This document shows, one piece after another, positions 39,532 to 52,733 of a DNA stretch of 64,000 nt. The stretch comes from Lytechinus pictus (Eukaryota), in the NCBI RefSeq assembly GCF_037042905.1, contig NC_087263.1:15254001-15318000 (forward strand), given 5' to 3'. Positions within the stretch are counted from its first letter, which is position 1; each line of letters begins with the position of its first letter. The notes under the pieces were generated by a model. The model was given only the letters and a program-made list of their open reading frames with translations. It made no database searches and was not told where the DNA came from. Position numbers and translations under genes: made by a program.

Positions 39532-41781
39532 AGGTCAAGTCCACCCCAGAAAAATGTTGATTTGAATTAATAGAGAAAAATCAAACTAGCATAACGATGA
39601 AAATTTCATCAAAATCGGGTGTAAAATAAAAAAAGTTATGGCATTTTAAAGTTTCACTTATTTTTCACAAAACAGTGATATGCACAACTCAGAGTCAGTC
39701 GATGATGTCCACGACTCACAATTTCTTTTGATTTTTATTGTTTGAATTATACAATATTTCATTTTTGTACAGATTTAAATTCAAATTCAAATTCATTCAT
39801 TTCACATCTGTAAAAAACATACAAGATACAATATATCGAGATCAATCAAAATGATTCCATAGTAAAGGAGTAATGAATATTGTAAAATGACAAATTAACA
39901 AAAATAACAAAATACAAAGGGTAATGAATGCGATGTGGGGGAATAGCAAAAGCCAAATAGACCTATCTAGGCTACTCCCTGATTAACATTCATTACCGAA
40001 AAAAGACCATCCTGCAATCAATTGATTAGATTGCAAGAAACACACATTTCAAAATAAACGAAATCAACAATCTAATGAAAAATTTGCAAAAAAAATAACA
40101 ACTACATGTATATTACAAAAAAATATGTTTAAAAAACATACACATAAAGCAAGCAAGCTTATTCACTGAGAACATGGAGAAGTATACATATTTAGAAGGT
40201 AAGACTTACATCTTACTTTAAATGAATTTAGCGAAGGACTTTCTTTTATATCAGGGGGCAAACCATTTCATACGAGTGGTCCACTATAACTTATGACTGT
40301 TCTTGAGAAAGAAAAGCGGTAAAAGGGAATGTATAAATTATCAGAATTTCTCGTATTATATTTGTTAACACTGCGATTTGTTTTAAAATAACTGTTGAAT
40401 GTGTCAGGCAACTGATTCTTGTAGTATGAAAACATAAAACTTGCAGTGTGAAGGGTATGTATATCATAAATTTTTAGAATCTTTAATTTACGGAATAATT
40501 GATGAGAGTGAGCTAAATATGGGGAATTTGTTATTATTCTTATTGCCCGTTTTTGTAAGCGAAATAATTGTAGCATTAAATAATTTGCACAGGCCCCCCA
40601 TACGATATTGCAATAGCTGAGATGCGTGAGTATCATTGTATTGTATAATTGAACACGAATATGCAATGGTAAGTCACCTTTGATTCTATTAAGTACACCA
40701 ATGGTTTGAGAAATCTTCATAGAAATATTATTTACATGTTGTTTCCAACTCATGCTATTGTCAATTGTGACACCTAGGAATTTCGTATATTGCACTTTCT
40801 GAATTTCAAAATCATTTATATATAATTTTATGGAGTTTTCTTCAATTTTCTTATTTTTAGGCTTAAAAATCATAAAAGATGTCTTCTTAGTGTTAATTTG
40901 TAGTCTGTTGGCTTGGAACCACATGTGAACTTTTTCCATTTCAGAATTTAAAATATTATTTAATTGAATGGGATCCTTACCAGATAAAAATAAACTTGTA
41001 TCGTCTGCAAATAAGGTAGTAGTTAAAATATTACTTACATGTTGCAGGTCATTGATGTACAATATAAAAGAAGAGGGCCTAGGTTAGACCCCTGGGGTAC
41101 CCCTACTCTAATGTCCTGAAAGTCTGAGTGAATTTTGTTGATGCATACACATTGTTTCGATTTCTTAAGTAACTGATTAACCACTTCAATACTGTCCCTC
41201 TAAACCCGTATGATGATAGCTTATCAATTAAAATATTATGGTCTATACAATCGAATGCTTTAGATAAGTCTAAAAATACACCAATCGTTATTGCTTTGTT
41301 TTCATATTCCTTAACTATTTTTTTAGTTAAATCAATTAATGCATGAGCAGTGTTGTATCCCTATCTGAAACCGAATTGCTTGTTATATAATATGTTGTGT
41401 TTTGAAACAAATGCTATCAATTTGTCATATACTATTTAACAATAAGGACCACGTTGACTGAATCATATAGTATTAAACAATGCTAATTCCACATGATCAA
41501 GGAGGAATTAATCACCGTTTCACTTGACAATGAGGAGAAAATTAGAATATTTCATATTTCATACAATAAAATACAAAAGAAATAGTGAGTGGATGACTTC
41601 ATCAGTCTCCTCATTTGCATACCGACCAGGGTGTGTATATAACTGTTTTGTGAAATTAAGCGAAACTTTAAAATGTCATAACTTTCTTATTTTACATCCG
41701 ATTTTGATGAAATTTTCAGTGTTATGCTTGGATTTTTCTCTCGTTATTCAAATCAACTTTTTGTTGGGGTGGACTTGTCCT
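39532..41781 (+). mobile_element. Kolobok-like MITE family K3 hosting a LINE insertion
   Basis: TTAA|AGGTCAAGTCCACCCCA ... TGGGGTGGACTTGTCCT|TTAA. Confidence 0.9.
39779..41433 (-). pseudogene. 5'-truncated CR1/L2-group (Crack-like) LINE, reverse transcriptase pseudogene
   Basis: RT motifs QFGFR*, GVFLDLSKAFD, GVPQGS.LGP, YINDL, LFADDT and KFLGV; two frameshifts (~41065, ~41155) and in-frame stops; (TTTGAA)n tail; ATTTAA TSD at 39773-39778 and 41434-41439. Confidence 0.92.
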
Positions 41782-43305
41782 TTAATAGTACATTTATTAT
41801 CTTGCTCACCTCGGTGATAAAAAAAACTACACTATTCAGAATTAAGGCCAATAACCTTTGTCTGCTATGTGCAAATTGGAATTGATGTTGTGTTGTGGTC
41901 TAATGGATACTTCTCTATATCGTGAACTACAAATTGAGGCTTGATTCTAATGTTGTAATTTCAAAAATGTCTCATGGTCCTTTTTCACACTTCCTCCACC
42001 CGCCTTCCCCATGCACAGATCCAGGGGTAGGGGGTGAGCACCTCCCTCCCCCATCCCTCTCTAACCCATTTTTCTAAGTGTGAGGCTAATCTGAAAAATG
42101 CTCTGCACATTTTATTTTTAGGTGTCAAATTTGCAATTGGGGTGAGGTGTTTGGCGACTCCTGCATCCATCCTTGCCCTTATACCCTCCCCTGCCCTGCC
42201 CCTCCCACTATCCATGCTATACCTCCTCCTCCCTCCTACCTATGTACCACTACATTGCTTACCAATATTTATATTTCTATTTCCTTTATACGTCATATTT
42301 CCTTTCTCTTAACCGCTTTGGAGGCAATTTGCGAATTTGCGGTATATAAAATTATCATTAATAACAAAGCTTTCTCGAGTACGATAATTATACACATAAT
42401 TTTCTCCTTTTTTTAATTGTAATCATAAGTTGAAAAGCCTGATCTTAGGTCTTTGCGGATAGAGGGGGGAGGGGTGGTCCTTGCTCTGATTACTGTAAAA
42501 CAGATGGAAAGGTAATATATCATTACCTTGTACATTTCCACTTCAACAGACAGGGGGAAATATGGATAAAAAAGTCACATGATTGAGAAATAAATTGATA
42601 TCTTGATCTTGAACTGTCAAAAGCTTGATAAGACTTCAGTTATTAGATTTTCCTGAATTGTAAGGGGAAATGGTACAACAATCGTTTCGCTAAGTTGCAT
42701 GACCATAGGATGCAATTGCCATAAAGCCTTAATTGCCATCCTTGATGCTGTAAAAGACCATAAAATATGATTTGGTAAATATCTTTTGTTCACAGATTTA
42801 TGGCACATAACTTTAATCCATGAAGCCATGTATGAATAAAGGTAATAATTGTGCATTTACATTGCTAGATTTCTATTTTAATATTTACTATATACTCATT
42901 TCTGCATTAATAAATTATCACAAAGGAGTATTTCAAGTTGTATCAAATATGTTTATTATCCTGGCATATAACTTTTATCCATGGAGCCATAATGAATAAT
43001 GGTAATAATTGTGAATTCATAATCAGATTTTGCCAGATTTCTATATGGACAACCAATATTATACTCAACTCTACTTTTTCAATTTACCACAAAGAAAAAG
43101 ATCAGAATAAGCACTGATGCTTGATATTTTATTCATAATTTATCCCCAAGTAACAGCAGGATTCAATGGACTGCACTATGCTGATCTTCAATTCAAAGAA
43201 AAATCTCGTTCATTTTAAATAATCCATTAGGGGGCAATACAATCAAATGGACTCTCTGTCCACTTCCAAGTAATCATAGAAAAGTCACTCAGAAATGCAA
43301 CTTAA

Positions 43306-44319
43306 AGGACAAGTCCACCCCAACAAATAGTTGATTCGAATAAAAATAGAAAAATCCCCAAAAACGCAACACTGAAAATTTCATCAAAATCGGATGTAAA
43401 ACCAGAAAGGCATGACATTTTTAAGTTTCGCTTATTTTTTCACAATATAGTTATATGCACATCTCAGTGACATGCAAATGAGAGAGTCGATGATGTCTCC
43501 CACTCACTATTTCTTTTGATTTGTATTGCTTGAATTATACAACATTTCAATTTTTACAGATAAGGACCAACAATAAAGACCAACTTGACTTCACCATAAA
43601 CTGTTAAAATAATGGTAATTTCACCTGTTCAGGGAGGAATAAAACGTTGTTTCACAGGACAATGGGGAGAAAATTAGAATATTTGATACCCCTTTCATAA
43701 ACCTATCCTCCAATTAGCCGCCTAATAGTAATGCGGATAATTCAATAAAAATTGCGTTCACAAACTCCGAAAATTATCCGCATTATTTTTACGAGCACCC
43801 GTCCTGAAAAAGGCGGATAATCGTCATGACAACTGGACACGCCCCCTCCGATGCGGTTGTGTTGGAAAAGGGTGACCTTGTGACCGCACCATGGCAATTA
43901 TCCGCATTATTTGGAAATACGTTCATAAACTAAAAATCTTGTCCCGATGCTGCTATTATGCGGATAATTGAAGCATCAAAATTATGCGGATAACTCTGGT
44001 CCTCCTCCGATTTTACGACCAAATTATCCTGCTATTAGCCGCATAATTGGGTTTATGAAAGGGGTATGATATTATAATAAAATATTATATATATATAATA
44101 AAATACAAAACAAATAATGAGTGAGTGATGTCATCAGTTCCCTCATTTTCCACACTGTCCGGGATGTGCATATATCTTATTTTCTGAATTTAAGCAAAAC
44201 TTTAAAATGTCATAACTTTCTTATTTTACATCCGATTTTGATGAAATTTTCAGCATTATTCTCGTAGTAATTTTTCTCTATTTATTCAAATCAACATTTT
44301 TCTGGGGTGGACTCGACCT
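43306..44319. mobile_element. Kolobok-like MITE family K3 hosting a family C MITE
   Basis: TTAA|AGGACAAGTCCACCCCA ... TGGGGTGGACTCGACCT|TTAA; interior colinear with the 39532 copy. Confidence 0.9.
43687..44066 (-). mobile_element. MITE family C, copy 2 (nested, TGA TSD)
   Basis: TIR TACCCCTTTCATAAACC / GGTTTATGAAAGGGGTA with TGA on both sides. Confidence 0.92.
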
Positions 44320-44464
44320 TTAAAGGGAAAGTTCGCCCTGATGTTGAATTGGTTTACATGTACCCTTAAATTCCGATTTCGTTATGATTCACACTGGCCG
44401 ACAATATTTCTCTCACAGAAGCAAGTAAGGAATGGTAGCGTCCTTCCCTCTTCTGCAGAAATTT

Positions 44465-44830
44465 CGGCCTTTGGCAAGGCGTTTATCTATATTTGCCACT
44501 CTCCATCCAAGTGTAGTAAATGGTTACCTGGAAGGAAGTAATAACTTGAATGAATGCTTCATATTATTATTGATTTTAATATACTGTAAAGTTGGGAGTC
44601 AAATTTTATGTACATCTCGGCAAAATCATACAATTGTTTATTTACCCAAACCGCAAAATCTTCTTTATCTTCAAAAATATATTGTCACTATAACAAATTT
44701 AGAATCAAAGAGTTAATGTTATTTTGCTGCCTTTAGCAGCTGGAGCTACAGCCGGGGTAATATATAGTGCGCCATTGAATAGGCAACTAGATAAATCGGC
44801 ACCTCATAAATGCTATATATTATTATTATT
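44465..44830 (+). mobile_element. Degraded headless SINE body and tail
   Basis: cctttggcaaggcgtt..tttgccactctc..gtaaatggttacc resembles the 45784 SINE; (TAT)n tail at ~44817-44830. Confidence 0.55.
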
Positions 44831-45783
44831 TTGACTTAATTGTGTTAAATTTATTATTTTGTGTCAATGCAAATTAATTTCAGAAACTTTGTTAATCACA
44901 ATGGTCCCTTCTGAACAATCACACAAAATTATTTATGACAGATATGATTTGAATATAATCAGGCTGTCAGCACAACCATCCAAATTATATTTGCTTGATT
45001 CATTTTGAATTAACAACACTGGAAGGGTTACCCCTTCCATGACATATAATTCTCCCATCCCACACCCGATCAAGAGCATTCACAAACTGCTTCTTTCCAC
45101 TAAAAACCCACCTCCCCTCATCATCATGACCTTTTCCAATTGATCATCAAATTCTCATTAAGGGGAGGGAACTAATTAGAGTTTTTTTTCTCATCATAAA
45201 TCAATTTAGGGGCAACACTCTCCCCCCTCCTTCATCATGCCTTATTCATTGAGGAACATCGTGAGGATCGGAGCCGTCGATTGCGGGGAGTCATTGGTGA
45301 GAGCTTTGATCTCGATCATCAACCAGCACGACCCGCTGACGTCTGGAGAAGTGAGTGGAGGGGCCCGAAAAAGGAATAAGATTTTTTCTTGGTTTCAAAT
45401 AAAAAACTATCTTGAAAAAAGTGTTTCATTTATAAAGGGTAGGCCTGAACCAATTATTTGCAAAAAATCATGAGCGCCCTCATTCAAAATGAATAGACAT
45501 TCATGATTTCAGGAGGAACTCATTTATATCAAGTAATCCCCCGCCCCCCCCCAAAAAAAAATATATACTGGGTTGATGACTGTCCCACACCCCTCCCCCC
45601 CCCCCCCCATTTCAGCTGATGTGCTCACATAGTAAAGGCCTGTCATGTCACACTTTAATTCGGAATGACACAGAATCGGCCAGAATGAAATGACTGCTAT
45701 TTAACCACCAGCTAGTCAAGTTATTTCCCCTATTCAGCTCTCCCGATGCATTCAAGTATTCAATATGTTTTGAATGCTGCTAT

Positions 45784-46137
45784 GGAAGAGCCGTGGTTTC
45801 GTGGTTCTGACTCTCGCCTCGTAAACAGAGGGTTGTGTGTTCGAATCCCACCGCAGTCAAACGTCCTTTGGCAAGGCGTTAATCCACACTTTGCCACTCT
45901 CTACCCAGGTGCTAAATGGGTACCCGGTAGGATGCGAAAGATATTCTATGTTTGAATTTGCCAGCGCCATAACCAGGCTGTGATGAATGCAAGGAATGCT
46001 CCCCAGGAAGTGGAAATTGTGCACTTTTTGTGCAGGATTGAAATGAATCCAATGACCGGGGTAATAATATGCTGTAAAGCGCTTTGAGCCGTTCTGGGAA
46101 AAGAGCTATCTAAAAATTGGCTATTATTATCATTATT
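45784..46137 (+). mobile_element. tRNA-derived Deu/Nin-core SINE
   Basis: A-box, B-box GTTCGAATCCC, core ACCCAGGTGCTAAATGGGTACCCGG; the (TAT)n tail resumes after 47776. Confidence 0.85.
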
Positions 46138-47776
46138 ATTAGGTGATCTGTCAATCGACAGATCAACTATTAATTTTGTACGAATTTTCTTTTTTATTTA
46201 TTTCTTTATTTATTTACTTATTTTTATTTTTCCGCCCTTTTCTTTTTAGCACAAAATCTCCAAATCTACATCATCAATTGTCTTCAAAATATCATCAAAT
46301 ATGGGGACTTACCATGTCATGTGTAAAACAAGTTCAAGGTCAAAAGGTCATCATGACGTCATCTAGACGCCATTTTGTAAAATCACATTATCAATCATAT
46401 CTTCTTTATCAATTATCAAAAATTAACAATATTTACATCACATTAACTTCAGGTCAAGGGTTAAATGTCCATGTCATCAAAGGTCATGTAAAGGTCACAA
46501 TGTGCGCGTCAAAATTTTAAAATGCTCAAAATCACTATTTGACCGAAGTAGAGTATGATTCACAGGTCATTTTAAGCATGTCAAAAATTTGTGCGCGCGT
46601 TTTCGCGCGTAACGGCACTATAGAGCATAGGATCGCCATTTTTTTTATATCAATGCATTATGCATCGATAATATAATTCTGAGTAATTTGATACCTTGAT
46701 CAACCTTCTATGACAAGTAATAATGGAATTAGCCTCCATCAAAGTTTACAGCACGCGCGCGCGTGCACTAACCATAGACAATATATGTGCAAAAACATGC
46801 CTATACAAAATTCATTATAGCTCTTCAGGAAGTCCGTTGACCCCCAAATTCTTTGTCATATTCGAATAGAGTATGGATGGGAGATATGACCCTTAATTTC
46901 ATCATGACGTCATCAACATGACGTCGGAACTCAAAATTTCCACTTTGATACTTATGACGTCATCATAGTTATGCAAATTTGACTCTAACTCTGTAAATAT
47001 TGGCCAATTTTCTCTCAGTCTTTTATATGTTGTAGCTGAAGACATATTCTTTCTAATGTTGTGGCTATATTTACATTTTAAGGAACGGATCATCCTGAAA
47101 AATGGCAAGTTATAGAGGCATGTCATTTTCGCTCATTTTGCGTGCAATCTCTATGGGAAATGACTTTTTCTCAAAACTGGATTTTACATTCCTCTATTTC
47201 GCGAGCCATATCTCCATTTCTTTTTGTCGGTTTTCTCTGAGCTTGGAGTATGTTGTAGCTGAGATTCTAAGCTATTGCGAGTGTGGTCTCCATTTTCCGA
47301 TCAGATGCCGGGATCATGCCCGTATTTCTCTTGCAAAATTGGATTTGAGATCCTCTTAATTTGCTTATGTGTAAAGTCTATGGGAAATAGTGTAGCTCAA
47401 TTAGTAAGGCATCAGACTTGCGTCCTTAGGGTCCAGGGTTCGAGCCCAGGGGTTAACGTGAGATTTTTTTTTTTTTTTTTTTTTCAACATTTCACAAATG
47501 GTCCTGACCATTACAATGTAAAATAAAACATTGGACAATAAAAGAGATTTAAATCCCTTTTAATATAACATGTACCATGTGTATCACCTACACCTATTTC
47601 ACAAAACTTCTCATTTCCCTCTTTTCAAGAGTGTTCAACATGTTCTTTTCATAATAAAAGTTCCGTTTTCAATATGATCATCGTATTGATGTCAATAAAC
47701 ATGGTAATTGTAAACGTGATCATGCAAATCAGAGACAGATCACCTAATTCGTCCTCATGACGAATTAAAATTCTAG
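46138..47776 (+). mobile_element. Non-autonomous Helentron (HINE/DINE-1-like) element
   Basis: subTIR ATTAGGTGATCTGTC (46138-46152) with adjacent partial IR; 3' subTIR GACAGATCACCTAAT (47734-47748); stem-loop AATTCGTC-CTCAT-GACGAATT; CTAG end; T-rich target with no TSD. Confidence 0.8.
47385..47484 (+). pseudogene. tRNA-like Pol III cassette inside the Helentron-type element
   Basis: A-box TAGCTCAATTAG (47393-47404), B-box GGTTCGAGCCC (47437-47447) and T21 run (47464-47484); cloverleaf stems imperfect. Confidence 0.55.
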
Positions 47777-48025
47777 TTATTATTGTTTTAAGAATACATG
47801 CACTTAGAATGCATTCAGAATTAAGAATGTACTGTGAACGCCGCTCAACATTCTTTCAACTTTGAATGCACTTTTTTTAAAATTGAACATGGCCAAAAGT
47901 CTATAACTATTACTATAACCTGGGGTACGACTAAAAGACATTGGTTTACTTGAGAAGTCTTTAAAAAAATCCTGTGTTGTATTTAGTATTGTTCATATAG
48001 AAAAAAAAACACCACAGAAGAAAAA

Positions 48026-49290
48026 CTAGCACATCAATGATTTGGAGCTCATCCGGCATCTCACAACGAAATTTAACACAATTTTAATTTCAGCCCAGTT
48101 GACACTGTAGTGAACTATATTGGTGACATAAATGGAGGATGTAAAATTGAAATTGATGAAGAAATGACATAAGCATTTTTTGTGATCTATGAATAAATTT
48201 CATATAAATTAAGCATAAATAATTCTCTAGTCAAAATTTCTTAACTCTGTGTAGAACCTTGGTGAACCTCATGTAGCTCTCAGATGGAACAAAAATAATC
48301 AAAATCAAAATCAATCAACAAATAAATAAGTTTTTTTTTTTAGTTTTGAAAATATATGAATATTTAGCATATTTAATGAGTTTCAAATTTCTGTGTTGAA
48401 ATTTTGTATCACCACCTAGAGCTATCATATAAAGCAAACAAAATTGATCAACAAATGAAGGAGAAAAAACATTTTTGTGATTTATGAATAAATTTTTCAT
48501 AAATTAGCATAAATATTTTTCTAGACAAAATTTTGTGTACAAGTTTGGTAAACCTCATGCAGCTCTACCAGATGGAAGAAAAAAAATCAAAATCAATCCA
48601 CAAATAAAGAGGCATTTTCTGTGATTTATGAATAAATTGTGTATAAATTAGCATAAATAATTTTCTAATGAAAATTTCAAACTTCTGTGTAGAAGTTTGG
48701 TGAACCTCATGAAGTTCTACCAGATGAAAGAAAAAAAATCAAAATCGGTCTACAATTAAAGAAGAAGAAGCATTTCATGTGAATTTTTAAAAATACGCAT
48801 AAATTAGCATATTCAATGAGTTTCAAAATTGTGTGTAAAAGTTTTGAATCCCCCACCTAATGCTATCATATAAAGCAAACAGAATTGAAATCGGACTTGA
48901 AATGACAAAGAAGAAGCATTTTGAAATTCAGTCAACAAATAAAAGAAGAGGCATTTTCTGTGATTTATGAATTTCGCATAAATTAGTATAAATAACTTTC
49001 TACTCCAAATTTCAAAATTCTGTGTAGAAGTATGGTGAACCTCATGAAGCTCTACCAGATGGAAGCAAAAAATTCAAAATCGGTCAACAAATAAAGAAGC
49101 ATTTTATTGTGAATTTTGAAAAATGCGCATAAATTAGCATATTTAATGAGTTTCAAAATTCTGTGTAGAAGTTTTGAAATCGGACTTGAAATGGCGAAGA
49201 AGCATTTTGAAATTGTGGACGGACAACAGACGAAGGACGCCACGCCACGGCATAAGCTCATCCGGCCCTTTGGGCTGGATGAGCTAAAAA
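48026..49290 (-). mobile_element. Non-autonomous Helentron (HINE) with internal tandem array
   Basis: Minus-strand start TTTTTAGCTCATCCAGCCC-AAA-GGGCCGGATGAGCT hairpin, short CGTC-type repeat, central tandem repeats, 3' subTIR GCCGGATGAGCTC and CTAG|TT end at 48026. Confidence 0.85.
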
Positions 49291-49962
49291 TCAAATCCCT
49301 GCAGATATCTGTGACTGAAAAATCATTATTTAATTTATATCCTGGTGAGTTTAATTGCACATAAATAAGGAATAAAAGTGGGATGATGTTTCTAGTGACT
49401 TTATTTTTCACTTTTTAAGCACTAAATAGTGATTTTCAGGTGCATTTTGGGGGCTTTATTTCTACATCATATCACATACACACGTAAAAGATAAGACCTT
49501 GCAGCTCAGATTATTTTAGACGTCAGATTAATGTTGACCAATGCCTTGATTTTTCTCTTTTAATTCAAATCATATTTTGTTGGGGTGGACTTGTCCTTTA
49601 AAGAAAGTGACTTCTGTCCACTCCAGATAACACTACCAAATAAGGTCACATCATTGAAGTGACCTCAAAGAAGGTCACTTTCCACTGGTCAGTATCCTCA
49701 GACATAACACATCGCCATGGTTATTTGTGTATCCCAGGGTCCTAAAATTAGGCCAGGCAGAGATTTCTTGGAGGGATATTTTATTTTATTTTATGAAAAT
49801 TTGATTTTCTGTTTCTATCTTTTTATTGAGAACTCATTCATTATCAAAGTTTGAATTCACTATAAGAAGAAAGATACAACAACAAAAAAAATCATAAAAC
49901 ATAATTTGTGAATGATCCTACCATAAATCATCTGGTAGACGCCATACAATATAATCACATTT

Positions 49963-50256
49963 TAATAATAATAGTCAGCTCTTGTATAGCGCATAACACA
50001 TTATGAATAACGTCTCTATGCGCTTCCAAAGGACTTGGATATTATTAGCCTGGCTGTAGCTCAAGCAGCTTTTACGCGCTCGGCATTTCAAGGAATAAAT
50101 TCCTGCCAGGTACCCCCATTCACCTCACCTGGGTTGAGTGCAGCACAATGTGGATTAATTTCTTGCTGAAGGAAACTACGCCATGGCTGGGATTTGAACC
50201 CACAACCCTCTGTTTCAAAGTCTGGAGACTATTAAATCCACTGGGCCACAACGCTC
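49963..50256 (-). mobile_element. Full-length tRNA-derived Deu/Nin-core SINE with 7-bp TSD
   Basis: Same head and core as the 8863 SINE; (TTA)n tail; CACATTT at 49956-49962 and 50257-50263. Confidence 0.9.
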
Positions 50257-51739
50257 CACATTTCGCCACCTACTGAAAACTTTCCATCCAAAATAAATAT
50301 GGTTTCCAGGGTTTCTTAGAACAGATACACAAACTCATAAACATATTTCATCTTAGTTTGATGATTTTTTAAATCGGCCTCTCACAAAGTGAAACCATCC
50401 ATGGAATTGTATTTGTTGTTTTCTTTGAATTCTAAATATTCCATCCAACTGGTTAAAATGGTTTCATTTTTCTTAATGTGATATTTGATATCAGAAGAAT
50501 AATGAAATAATCACATAATGATCTATCTAAGGTAAGAGCGATTTCAAAGGAAATATCAAATAATAATTGCCATCATGATCCCTAAAATGCTAATGCAGGC
50601 ATAGAGAGAAAGAGGAAATAATTAGAAGGGGTGCAGGCGGGGGGGGGTGGACAAGTCTTCCATGAAATGCATTTTATATCTCTATGGCCTCCACAAGCCG
50701 GATAAATTAATATCTTATCGAAGAGGCAAAAGTTTAGTCAGCAATGGACCTAAACAATGACTAAAAGGAAAAGATGTAGTATGTAAAACAGAGATAGGTA
50801 TCCATATTTGGGGTTGAGCATGTACGAATACCTAACTCCCAGTGGGGTGTAACATCACCCCCCTCCCCCTCCTATCAACCTCTTCCAGACTTCTTCATTG
50901 GTCTCAGGGCCAAATATCTTTCAGGAAGATGAATGCTGGAAAGAATGAGGAGACAAACATTTTCATGCTTGGATTGGAGTAACATGTTCGGTAAGGAGAA
51001 ATATAACACCGTGTTCACACTATACTAGGGGATGGAGGATAAGAAACATGGTGTTCACACTTTTAGCATTCACTCACTCAGGACTGCGATTATCACTCAT
51101 CTAAATTTCTAAAGAATCCAATCTCCAGGTCTTTGGGGGTATCATCTTATCACCTTTAAAGTGCTTTAAAAGAAAACATTGTTCCCTTGTGATAAGTGAA
51201 CGGTGTAAGTGCTATAAAAATCGGAACAATATTAATATCAAACAGGCTTTAACAACATTTTAAGTTTAAAACTCTGCACTCTTATGAAGAGGTTTCTCAT
51301 CTGTAAGAACCATTAACTACTCCCTCATCATACCCTGCTCAGGCAGAGATAGAGAAGATGGATGGAATCTTAGCTAATCTTCAAACCTTCCAAATGTGCT
51401 TTAAAAAGCGGAATATTATCATCGTAACCAAAAGCAGGGTTTTTTACTTTAAAATCATTTGAAGTTCTAAAGTTCTACACATCAACAAGGGACTCCCAGG
51501 CAGTGAGAGAATGAATTAAATCTTGGCTCATCTACTCTCATCCGATCCTGATCTTGTCGGAGGGAGCGAAACATTTGACGGGATTGTCACAACAAGATGA
51601 CATCCTAAGATCTCTTGGGGTCGACTTTTGTTACATGGATAAACAATTTAAGAGATGAAGGAGTGTGTCACTCACAGGATGATATACAATCACCGTCTTC
51701 TAAAATTTATGTAAACCAACTTGGATCTCCTTGGCTCAC

Positions 51740-52030
51740 CTTTTCTCTTACTCTCTGTCTGTCTCTCTGCCTCTCTCCCTCTGGTTCTTTCTATCCATCT
51801 CCCTCTGTTTCTCCCACCCTCTATCTATTTATATATCTAAATGTATCTACCTTCCTATCTATCTATCTATCTACCTATCATTCTATCTATCTATCTATCA
51901 TTCTATCCATCCATCCATCTATCTATCTCTGCATGTCTTTCCCTAGCTCTTTCTTACCATGTCTTTCTTGCATTTATTTTCCCACTTTCTACCCCCCCCC
52001 CCTCTCTATCTCTATATATCTCTCTCTCTT
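51740..52030. repeat. (TCTA)/(CT) microsatellite region
   Basis: Visible directly. Confidence 0.8.
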
Positions 52031-52733
52031 TTAAATCAAAAGGCTTAACTTTTAAATCTCAACAGTTTAAATTCTTTTTAAGTCTTAAATTCAAATCTGC
52101 AAGGTTAAAATCTATATCTAATGTTCAGCTGGCCGCTATTCACAACCTATCTAAATTTCATTACAAATCCTTGAAAGTTATTAGTGTTAGGAAACTCTGA
52201 ACAAATTGAAAGACTGCCCTCTATGGTGAAACACTGTACAGGCATAGGATCCATTAATACGAGATGAATGTCATTGTCACAATCTAATTTTCCTTTGTCC
52301 TTGGGCCTGAATTAATGTTCTCAAAAGCGATCATTAATTTGTATAGTTTCATCATTCCTCGGCTCCAAGCAGACGTTTATTGAAGCAAAACAGGACACCA
52401 CATGAAATTACCCCATCTGTCCTAGATAGAGTAAGGCACATTCATGCATTTTGGGAGGTGGATGCCTATAAACGCATCCTTATAACTTCCATTTAGGATC
52501 AAATCTTGTTCAATCCACCAAGGTCAAATGTATCATTTCCATTTGACTGCAAGTTAACATAAATCAAAATTACCAAATGAATTTACTCTATTGCTTGCTA
52601 TCAATCAAGTATTCTCTGATGAAATTACACTCATTAATCAGGTTTATTTTGATTAATTTTCCAAGGTTAGGTGGATTGAGAGCATATGGCCAGATGAATT
52701 ACTCATGGGTTCTGCCCCATGAGCACAACATTA

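Noticed and set aside
40268..41062. 264-aa RT ORF as a functional gene, retron or other novel RT system
   Set aside because: It is part of a 5'-truncated LINE with frameshifts, stops, a tail and a TSD, and there are no partner genes.
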